This document shows, in pieces, positions 12,887 to 23,915 of a stretch of 64,000 bases of DNA. Both the position numbers and the translations under genes were made by a program. The notes beneath the pieces are model-generated. The model was given only the letters and a program-made list of their open reading frames with translations, made no database searches and had not been told where the DNA came from. The first letter of the stretch is position 1; each line of letters starts with the position of its first letter. Source of the DNA: Selaginella moellendorffii (lineage: Eukaryota; Plantae; Lycopodiophyta); NCBI RefSeq assembly GCF_000143415.4, contig NW_003314370.1:62001-126000 (forward strand), read 5' to 3'.

Positions 12887-15800
12887 ACTCCCACATGTCA
12901 TGTGTTGGTCCTTTTGGGTCCCTTTTTGGAGCCTCGCCTTTTGCTCGCTTCGTGCTCGTTCCTCGAGCACTTTGTTGGGAGTTCCACTCCCGCTCTTGAC
13001 TTTTCAAGTCGGAGCTTTTGGTCCAAACGTGTTACGCTCGTTTGGCTCTCGCTTTGGCCACTACCAGGTGGCGCCCTTCCGGCTCCACTTTGGGGCCTAG
13101 GGATTTTGTGTCTCATAACTCCACCACCCATAGACGAAGTTCGATGTCCTCATTGAACGGTGAACCATTTTATAAAGTAACACCCGCATGTGTTACCATT
13201 TCCATCCTTGGCGCGTAGCCAATATTTGTCAATGGTGTGACATTGAAGGCTCACCATGCCTTCTCCATATTCGTCAATGGTTGGACATTGAAGGCTCACC
13301 ATGCCTTTTGCATATCCTCTAAGGAGGGTAGTCTCTCCAACTTAGAGACTGATTGGACCACATATAGTGGTTCTCTCCTTTTATTGGTTTAGTTCTCGCT
13401 AAACCTCTTAGAGACCCTTCTCTAAGTCAATCCCACTACTCCTTCTCGAGTAGTCTCAATTTCCATTTATTGAACGTTTGCACCTTGGAACTTTCACTCT
13501 TTTGACTTTTGGAAGTCAATTTCCTAGGTGTCTCCAACACCTTGCATTGCACAGATTGTGCAACTCCACTTCCCATCCTAGGAAGTTCATTACTTGAGGG
13601 CACCATCATCCTCTCTTCTATTTCGTGCCAAAGTTCCAGTTATCATACTTTGTGCTAGGGCTGTTCATGGCCCTATCATTTGGCTACCTTACCACTCCCT
13701 CCCTTGGAGCTTCCACGTTCGCCAAATCGGAGCATTTCGGAATCCCTCCTTGGAAACACACTTCCTTTCCCGCAACTTGTTAGCGTCCAACACATTAGTG
13801 TTCCTCGCCTAACTTTGTCACTTGGATTCCTTCCAAGGGATTCCACGGCCCTATCTTGGCCACTCATCTTTTGCTCATATCCGTTGATTGTTGCACCAAG
13901 CAACATCGAACCTCTACCTCCCTCCTTGAGGTATCATTTCGGTTCCATAGCAAAGACTTTTTTTTGCCAAGTCCGGAGGATGTTCACCCCTAGTACATCT
14001 CTTTAGCATCTTCTGCTATGGGCTCTACCCACGGCCCAACTTCGTGACCTTCCCATGGGTCTTTTATAGAGACTACTTTCCTCGGACTCACTATGCCATC
14101 GCACGGACATAGTTTATTTCCCTTAGGTGCTCTTCCCACTTGGTCATCACGACCAAGCCACACCACCTTAAACAGTTCAATTTCAACATTTTGAACCAGG
14201 AACTTCATTCCTTAGCCAACCAAGGACCTTGTCCTTATCTGGCCATAAGATCACCTAGTGATCTCACCTTGGCACCTTAACAGAGTTGCCAATAGGTACT
14301 TGGTCTTCTAGACCTCCAAGTTGTTGACTATAACCCCGGGGGCATCCCCCACACTTGGCGGTGCACCCAAGCTAGCCCTTACGGCCAAGGGTTCATAGCA
14401 ACTGAGATTAAGTGTCCCCATCTCACTCACCACGACCTTGGTGCCACTTGCACCAAAGCGTTCAAGTTAGATATGCCGAGCTTTCACACTAAGCAATCTA
14501 ACCGTGCATCACGACTCCGAGGCATCCCTCGCTTGGCGGTGTGCCCAAACCAGTCTCCCCACTGAGAGTCCATGACCACCGAAATATGAGTGTCCTCATA
14601 TTCCAAACCATCACCACGCCCTAGTGATTTGGGACTCGAACCCAAGCACTAGAGGGTCGGGACTCGAACCCAACCTCCGTATATGCATCTACGGACGGCA
14701 TCACACCGGATGCCTGGCGTGACTCCCCACGCCGGTGCACCAACTTATTTTTAAAGCGCGCTACAGATCACAGCTTAGGAACTTAGTTCCTCCACACTGC
14801 CAAGTCCTCTCACTTGACATGTCTGTGATCATGCATGGACTCCTCCATGCTCGGCCCCATGGCCCACCCTTTTTGAAGTTATCACCTTCAACTAGGGTAT
14901 TTGTTCCCCCGACGTGCCAATCTCGCTTGGCAAGTCCTCCGACCACTGTAACATGGTTCCTGCATAAGTGTGAAAGTCCTTGACCATCGACTTTCGTTCA
15001 AAGCCCTCTCTTTGAACACTCGGGAACTACTTCCCTAACCTTGATAGCCTTGCCTCATGGCAAGCTTCAAGACCACACTTCTGCTGCGCCACTCTGATTT
15101 CGCGCATTCCATGAACCATTTACACTTGGCCTTTCTAGGTACTAAACTACCTAGAATCGTCTTTGGGAACCTTGAAGGAACTCTGTCCCTCAGCTTGCTA
15201 AAGCCTCCCTTTTTGCAAGCCTTCCAAATGCCACATAGTCTAACATGGACAATTCCATATTTTAGACTCTCCATGGCATCACGGTTGCTAGCGGCAACAC
15301 CCTCGAGCCCCCACTTGATTCTCCACTCCCAACTGACATAACAAACCTTGGTTATGCCCTTCGATTCCTATGGTTCGGTTCTATCCCCTTACTTCTTGCT
15401 TTTGGCTTCACACCTTTCCTTCGGTCATTCTCCTCCAGACCAGGAGGATAGCTTTGCACTTTCTATCATGCCTTAGCAAGTATTCCTAGGGATGAACCAA
15501 CCCAATAGCCCAGGGAGTGGTTCCTCAATCCGGGTATGCTCATCTTGTAACCCCACACACTGGGATTACATTGTTGCTTATGGGCCTTTACATGCCCATC
15601 ACTAGCCTTGCCAAAGTTCTATTTTTGGCTTTGTCCAACTCGGGTAGACAGTCTTCTCCTGTCTCCGCAACCTTGGACATTTGGATAGCACCTTCTATCC
15701 ATCATTCGCTAGGGACTTAGTCCCTTGGGCCTTATCCATTGCCCTCGCGACATCAAACACCACTTTCTGGTGTTCTAGAGTGTTCGGGTGTCCCAATGAT

Positions 15801-18221
15801 GGCTTTCTTGACAATGAGTATTTCCTTTTATGACATTGACTTACTATATCGCAACACAAGCAACTTATCCCCCGTAAGGGTATATCCAACTTCCCTATGC
15901 TATTAAGAAGTCTTGGGTAGCTACCTTCTACCCGTTTAACCAGTTATTCTGCACCTCTTGCTTAGTTGCCTCATAGTTGTCAAGTCCTACAACTCATTGT
16001 TTGGTGCTTCCACACCTCCATCATTATTTGGGTCACCACACTCCAACTGCATGCTCTGCAGCTTTGGCTATGCCATTCCCATTTCCATTGGGATTCCTTT
16101 GGCAAGGGGTTCTCATGAGCCCACGAACATAGCCTCAAGGTATCACACCTTGGCACATTTGGTGTCTCCACACCATCGGCTCCACGAGCCTACCTCTATG
16201 ACACTTCCCCTTTGCGTCTAAGTCTTTGCCAAGACCAACACCGCTCTTTCTCATGCCAACCATTCGTTAGCACTACACCATAGAGGTCACACACAACTTT
16301 GTGTCAAAGTTGTTTTCTTCTGGGAACACCTTTCCCATAACTTTAGCATGGCACATTTTGCCATCGATGAGATACCCTTTGTTCTCATCCTTGGATCCTA
16401 TGATCCCCCCCCCCCTATTCTTCATGGGGTACAACACACCTCAGTCCACATGCTTCCATCAGTCCTTTTAGGACCATCCCTTGACTCTACTTGAGTCATC
16501 AGCAGTTTTGGACTTGGTTAATCCACAGACCCTTAAGGTCCTACTTGTGAGGCACTAGCTCACTGGAATACACTTCTTGCATTCCTGTCCTACTCAAAAG
16601 GACTATTTTCACAAGTGTTACTCCGACACTTGATTTTGTTCTCTGGGGGCAACTTTTGCCCCTTAGGACTACTTGTCCATGCGATGAGAATACCACTCAT
16701 CCACTTAATACACCCCCAATTCCTTGGGTTGTTCCAGCATTTATTAGAGGTAACCCTGGCTACCTTTTCAAGGACTTGAGTCCTCTTCCGTATTTGACCT
16801 CCCACGGTCATTACTTCTGGTCTCACATTCATGAGCACCAACCTCAACTATATGAGGAAAATCTTGTGACTCCTTTATTGCTTTGGAGTCTTTATCTTTC
16901 CCGTGATCCCAACTGTAGTTGTTTACCACAACTACATTAGCCAGTTTGCTAAGTCAAACGCTCATCTGGATCACATCCTCAACTCTTTGAGGAAAACCAT
17001 ATACTGTTCCCAAGATCCCAAAGTCGTTCCATTATTGGCCCTTTTCTATCCACCACCTCGTCTACAAGTTCACACATGAACTGTAATGGAGAGCCATGTC
17101 TTCCCGACTTGCTACTCCTCAAGGATAGGCCCACTCCTCGGACCTTCCGATGCCAACACTAGTGGTAATATACTTCAGCACCAATAAAAGTCGGACTAAG
17201 GAACAGCTCCGATACCAAATTGTAAGCGACTAAATTTTCCATTCTACTTTAGTCACTTAACCACACCTCCGACCACTTGGAGGAGTCTCATTCACAACCT
17301 CCATCAGTCCAATCCAGGACTTGGGGACTTGCTAGCCCCGAAACTGGCATCCATGCCACTCAACATTTGCACTTGGTCCAAGTGCTCCATGTGTCCGATC
17401 CCACGACCGACACTCAAAGGTACCACCGACATAGCAGCCTGTTATGCTAAGGCCATGCCCAATCACCTTTGCCACACTGGTAGTCCAATACCACTTGCAT
17501 CACAGTCTTGGCTCTCCAAGACTAGGTAAACCATCCGTGAGTGGTCATCTCAGATCCACTCTTTAGCATCCTTAGGATGCCCACCGACAAGGGGAATAGC
17601 CTTCCCTAGTATCCCTCTGTCAGTCCCCACTAAGTCCCTTTCTGCTCCTGGCCGTGTTTGCCGACACTGCCACTGGATCAAGGCCCACAGGCCCGACCAC
17701 TAAGTCCCACGATCCTCTGGGACTTCCTCACCACACGACTGTGTCCTTGGTCACTACCCCAGAGGACTGCTCCTCTTCCTTTCCACAGTTTGGGCCTTTG
17801 GGACAACATTTCGAAACACTGTGGCCTTACGCGAGCCACCTGGGTACTCTCCCCACCTATCGCCTTTAAGTGCTTTAGCCATGGGCTTAGAGCGAGGTTC
17901 CGTTGAGCCACGCCTGGTATCCAAGTAGGTAGTGCCACCCACACTTGGACTGGGAGCATCGGCCAGTCGATCTCCCGGGGGAACTAGAGCCGGCTCTTGA
18001 ACACTTCACCAAGCTACCCCGCTTGTCGGTCCGTGTTCACTCTAGTCTTGGACTTCCCAGTGGGCAGCTCATCACCCAACACTGGGTCCGGCCTTCCTGG
18101 GCCAAACTAGCCTTTCCTGGCCAAACTGGCTCCACTGCAGTCCTCCCCCCTACTATACTTTTGGAGCTCACCAAACCCCCCAGGGTCTGGGAGACGAACG
18201 CTTTGGGCTTTCACCCTCTCA

Positions 18222-18758
18222 GGCTCCGGACTCGGACTCGGACTCGGACTCGGACTCGGACTCGGACTCGGACTCGGACTCGGACTCGGACTCGGATTCG
18301 GACTCGGACTCAGCCTCGGCCTCGGGCTCGGCCTCGGTCTCGGTCTCGGTCCCGATCTCGGTCTCGGTCTCGGTCCCGATCTCGGTCTCGGTCTCGGTCT
18401 CGGTCCCGGTCTCGGTCTCGACTTCGGACTCCATCTCGGACTCCATCTCGGACTCCATCTCGGACTCCATCTCGGGTCCATCTCGGGTCCATCTCGGACT
18501 CCATCTCAGACTCCATATCGGGTCCATCTCGGACTCCATCTCGGACTCCATCTCGGGTCCATCTCGGACTCCACTTCGGACTCTAACTCGGGTCCATCTC
18601 AGGTCCACCTCGAACTCCACTTCGGACTCCATCTCGGGTCCATCTCGGACTCCACTTCGGACTCCAACTCGGGTCCATCTCGGACTCCACTTCGGACTCC
18701 AACTCGGGTCCATCTCGGACTCCACTTCGGACTCCAACTCGAGTCCATCTCGGACACT
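18222..18758 (+). repeat. Same tandem array in the right LTR, with more copies
   Basis: Directly visible; longer GGACTC run than in the left LTR. Confidence 0.95.
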
Positions 18759-21700
18759 CCCACGTGTCATGTGTTGGTCCTTTTGGGTCCCTTTTTGGAG
18801 CCTCGCCTTTTGCTCGCTTCGTGCTCGTTCCTCGAGCACTTCGTTGGGAGTTCCACTCCCGCTCTTGACTTTTCAAGTCGGAGCTTTTGGTCCAAACGTG
18901 TTACGCTCGTTTGGCTCTCGCTTTGGCCACTACCATGTGGCGCCCTTCCGGCTCCACTTTGGGGCCTAGGGATTTTGTGTCTCACAATCACGTCCAGCAT
19001 ATCGTAAAGAACTTTGTCTATCATCCACTGGAAAGTCACTAAAGCATTACTCAAACTAAATAGCATTACCAAGAATTTGTACAAACCAAAAGATGTATGA
19101 AAAACAATTTTAGAAATATCTTCTTTGGCCATTAGTACTTACTATTACCTAAAAGTAAGATCTAACTTGGTAAACTAATGACTTCTCTCCAAATAATCCA
19201 AGAGATCAATAGTATGAAGAAGAGGGTAAACATCTAAGATCATAAAGTCATTTAACAGATGATAGTATTAAACCTAAATTAATACTCCCATTAGGTTTCA
19301 TCATAAGATGACTAAGGACTCCGCAACTTTCAAATAACACCCTTTTCTAATATCTCCTTGACGTTTGCACTTAAAATTTTGATTTCTTTAGGTGACCAAC
19401 AATAAACAGAAACCTTGATTGGACGAGCATCCCCAATTGGAATCAAATGACATGTGGCAATCTTAGCCCCAAACAATAAGTCAAATTCAAAGAGATCAAC
19501 TTACTCCTTCATGATCCGGTCAACTGCTGCAACACAAAGATTGTTAGAAGGATTGGAAAAGGGAAGAGCAGAACAAGACAAAAACATAGGAGGAAGTAAT
19601 TGGGGACAAAAGTAATAAAAGCAGAGGTAAAAATAAAGGAACAAAAAGGTATAGAAATAAAAGGAATGGATGAAATATAAAGAAGTATGAAACAAGGGGG
19701 AAACACCTTAAAGTCACACTTGAGATGATTGCATTGCAATCAATCCATATCAAGGATAAGGTCAAAAACTTAACTTGGCACCACCTGCAATGATTACAAC
19801 CCAAGCTCAAGATTGCCCACACACACAACTAAATCCACCTTATCCCGTGCACATGCATATGTATGACTGTTGCCATAAAGAATGAAAACTAATTCCTTTG
19901 TATAATGCAAGTGTAGACAACAACATGTGGCAACAGGTTGAGCAATAAAAGATAAACTTGAACATGTATCAACTAACACAGAGAGAATAATAAAAAACCC
20001 CTTGTTATAAAAATGAGTTTGGAAAGTTGGATGAATTAGTGCCGAGTGAATCCCTTAATGATACTCCCAAAAGAAAGACGAAGGGGTTACTGATTTATTC
20101 ACGCAAAATCCCTTTATTACTTGTGTGACTTCTCGTTTCCCAAATGCATTTCAATGTCTAAACTTTCCACTGCAGCAACACCAATAGGACATTGTTGACA
20201 CCAAGGTTTCCACCTAGGAAATGGAGGCTACTAATCCAAAAAATGCCAACAACACCGATAAGTGTGACCAACTTCATCACACACCCAATAGCAAACATCA
20301 CAGCCACAACCACATCCTCACCCATATCTTTGAACTCAAGGAGTAATAGTATCAGCTTCCATTGGAATAGAACCATTTCCCACAAGAAGTGGAGATAAAA
20401 AACATGCAACGAGAAGTGGAAGAAGCGATGTTTCATAATATTGTGCCAAAAGAAAGGCATTGTCAAGAGTGGCTGAAGCAAATGCATGTACAAGTCTTAT
20501 AAGATCTTGATAAAGCACTAACTACAACATTCCTAACTTGATTCACTTCGACATATTTAGCTCCACACGAAGAAAGAGGCTTTGGAATGCCAAATTGCCA
20601 AATTGCATCACCAACTTAGATAATCCTTAATGAAGACGATGCAATTGTTGGAAGGCATCATCAAAATTGTCAACATGTTAGTTTGCGTGTTTAAAGACGT
20701 TCGGAAGAATACTCTAATCCCCACAAGTGGCTGTGCTCAAACTATTGTACCACTACAGTGCCATCCCTTGGAGACACATGGGAAACTCATATAAATATTG
20801 AGCATCATCCCAAAAATGATATATGGCAATCACCAATGGTACACGTTATCCCATGATTCCCACAAAAAAACTTTAGCCGAATGTGAAGATTGGCACTAAG
20901 AGAAAGAGGAGTTGTACCACGTGTCATGAATGCTGCCATTAACTAAGTTTAGTTGTTCAACTGCAATTGCATGGCATTGAGCAATTGCACCAACTACTAC
21001 TCTAGAGTTAAAGGAGGAGGAGGAGACTGCTACTTTGCCATGAGGATGAATGAAAAGGAAAGAGCAAAAAAAAAAATGAAATGAAAAAGAAAAGAAGGAA
21101 AAAGAGATCTAGATAATGCAAAAGCTAAATTTAAACCAAAATCTCGAAAGAAAAGAACAAAAGAAAGAAAATAGAAAAAAAATTATATTTAAACCAAAAT
21201 CCCAAATCTAAACACTCCTCTCATCTTCACCAATGTGAATGCATGGAATATGGAAAGGGAATATAGAAAATATGCATAACTCAAAAACCCTAGATTATAT
21301 ACAGGAGTCATATGCAAATCTTCTAAGCATCATAGTACAAAACTAAAATGTTAAGAGAGCTACATTGGAAATTAATGGCAACAAAAGAGTGAATGGTCTG
21401 GATGGAAACCAATCTGACAGCTACCAAAATCCTATTACACTAATATTAATATACGGCATTGTAGCCATACACTTGGACCTCACAAAATATTAAATTATTA
21501 CATAGCATATTGAAAAACAACAATAAAAATTGATATGTTCTTTAAGCAGTAATGCATATTATAAAAATGTCTATTAGTCAATTGTCTTGGCTCCCCTGAC
21601 TCCCCATTGACTGCCCCTCCCCTCTGCCCCCCATAATGTCAAGGGGCTAGAGTATTGAAACCAGGACAAGATTGATGCGTTTCATTTATTTTAGATTGAT

Positions 21701-22214
21701 TTTTGATTAATTAACACTCCCTTTCGCTTGATCAAACATGAGAGTGTTGTCAAAACAATCTTTCTCCCTCTCCATCCTCATCCTATCCAAACCAAAAACA
21801 CAGGGATCTAGGATCACTCTCTCAATTTTTATGAGCCCCACTCACTAAAATCTCTTCTTTCTTCTTACCTCACATCAACAAACTGTGATTCCCACCTATG
21901 GCAAAAGAGCAAGAGAACAGGCATACCTCAGAAGAAATCTAGAGGTCAAGCCATGACGCACCTTGTCTGCCCTAAAATGACAAATGCAGGGTCAAATCGC
22001 AGTGCCTCTTGACAACGCTCCATCACTGACCTCCGACTCCCACAACGCCCTCTCAATACCTCAGCCTAGCCCAGCAAGCAGCATCTATCCTAGCACCTGG
22101 ATAGGTGATGAGGTTTGAAGTATGAACTATTTTATAATCTAAATTAATTAATACTAAACATTTGATTCACTAGGGATATTCATATTCAATGAAAGAATAT
22201 TATAAACCATATGA

Positions 22215-23769
22215 TTATGATTTATAGTTGATGTTGTCCACATAGTGACTATGTTTGTCCACATAGTCCCTCAGCGAATGGATCTTCTGCAAATCATCAT
22301 CAGGCAAATCAAAATGCACCTTATACTGGCAAATGTTTGGACTTGGTTTTGCACTTTCGACCTTACGTGTTTTCTTCCAATCGCTTCCCGGTACGATGAA
22401 GTAAAGTCCCCTGACATCAATCCCTATTAGAGCCGCCAAAGATTTGAGCGCATGCCATGATACAACCTGATCCATGTTGCAAACGTTCGCCTGGAGAAGG
22501 TACGCACGCTTGGTGCTGAAGTTCACGTACAAACTGTCGATGGCAGCCTCCGATTTCGTCCTGGACCAGAAGTAGGCTGCTGCATGGCCATGGCTGACGC
22601 ACATCTCAAGCTTCTCCTGCAGCTCCGCAATGTTGCAATAAAGGATTACATGCAGCCCGTCCATTTTGCCCGCCTCCAGCAGCTCACTCGCACTGCCTTC
22701 GTCCGACACATGCTTATCACAGTAAGATATGCGTTCGAAGCCGACGAAATGCTTCGGAAAGGTCAAGTGCATGAGTAGCTCCACCAAAGTAGCCCGGAAA
22801 TCTGTTAATATCCGCTTACCCCGCTGGTTCACCACCTCTGTCCAGTGTTGTTTCTCAAGCCGCAGCAGCAGCTGCTCCTTGGCGAACTTCGAAGCGATCT
22901 TTCTGGAGCATTTCCAGGACACGTCGCCGTTCCTGTCCAAGTGAACAAGCATCGGGAGCCCCTGTTTGCTGTCCAAATCGTGCCAGGGTATCCTCGAAAG
23001 CAGCAATAGCATATCTTGACTGTGCCTCAGCTTGCTCCTCACATCACGCTCGACGGTCTTGAAAATCTCTGGCGCCCGGAACACGAGCCTTGGAATAGGA
23101 CCAACGATGTCGATGTGTTGCATAACTACGCCCCATGCCAATTCAGCGTCTGCGTGTGCATGCTTCCAGCACTCCTTCAACTCCTCTGTAGACCATAGCC
23201 GACCGCAGAAAACCTCACAGCCTCCCGAGACCTTCATGTACTCCTTGTAGTTTTTCTTATCGGGATTTGCTATCAGCAGGGCACGAGCACCAATACTGCT
23301 GGTAGCCGGAATCTTACCCCCATCATGGATGTAGATAGTGTTCTTGTCGCCAAGGTACTTGGACGCCGCAATCCAGTCACCGAGAACCGACTGAAACTTG
23401 GCATCCCGGAAGAGGAAATACTTCCCTGGAGCCACCTTCTCATAGTAATAGACGGTCGTGTAGCGTCTTGTCACCGCAAAGAGGAAGAGAAGCAGGAGAC
23501 CTGTGAGCGATTTGCTGATGCCTGGATTCCCAATGTAAAGCTTCCGTATGTTCTTATTTTTGTCAATTTCGTCGAGGAACTTCTGGTAAAGCTCCATACA
23601 CTCGTTGCGAACGTAGATGAGGCCACTGCCGGGCACGTCCCCAGTGATCCTCCGGCCAAATCGGATCATGAAGAAGGAGCCCACGAGGTCTTGTTTCGAG
23701 GGATCCAACGGCATGGGACAATCATTGGCATCAAATAACACGAATCGCGAGAGGTGGAAGAGAAAGTAT
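22215..23769 (-). CDS. Crinkler/RHS-like (CR) protein: P-loop NTPase plus restriction-endonuclease-fold domain; main exon, with small 5' exons probably upstream to ~23950
   Basis: 508-codon uninterrupted ORF with IYVRNEC, YIGNPGISKS (Walker A-like), IYIHDG (Walker B-like), ANPDKKNYKEYMK, WSTEEL and GPIPRLV, then AAIDSL..AYLLQ..LYFIVP, the motif order of CRN/RHS NTPase+REase proteins. Acceptor at 23770, in-frame mini-exon 23852-23821. Confidence 0.72.
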
Positions 23770-23888
23770 CTAGAAAATCAGACTCAGACTCAAGCTAGAA
23801 ATTGCAGACATGCTTCTTACCCATGCTCGAAACTCCCAAAACCATAGCCACGCTGTCAATTTCAAAAAGTAATTGCAGAAAGTCCCTG

Positions 23889-23915
23889 CATAACCGTGGG
23901 TTTGTTGACAACAAA
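23889..23915 (+). repeat. Right copy of the 23-bp direct repeat
   Basis: Matches 3891-3917. Confidence 0.95.

Larger units (their letters stand above)
11442..18986 (-). mobile_element. Young non-autonomous LTR retroelement (LARD-like)
   Basis: Near-identical ~1.7-kb LTRs at 11442-13117 and 17221-18986, 5-bp TSD ATCAC (11437-11441/18987-18991), tRNA-Met-type PBS TGGTATCGGAGC just inside the right LTR, purine-rich tract at 13118-13130. The 4.1-kb interior has no long ORF. Confidence 0.92.
10640..21484 (-). mobile_element. Second degenerate gypsy copy (3'-truncated at RNase H), split by the nested element 11442-18986
   Basis: RH/RT at 10640-11441 continues at 18987 (RT, PR LVDTCSSLSFI, gag) up to the 5' LTR 21234-21484. 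Collinear with 6350-9677. Confidence 0.87.

Noticed and set aside
12580-12890. CRISPR-like periodicity
   Set aside because: Contiguous 6/12-bp tandem units with no unique spacers and no cas genes; eukaryotic context.
12166-13100. ORFs with RS/RT/ES repeats resembling SR proteins (also 17945-18876)
   Set aside because: By-products of stop-free hexamer arrays within LTRs; open in several frames on both strands.
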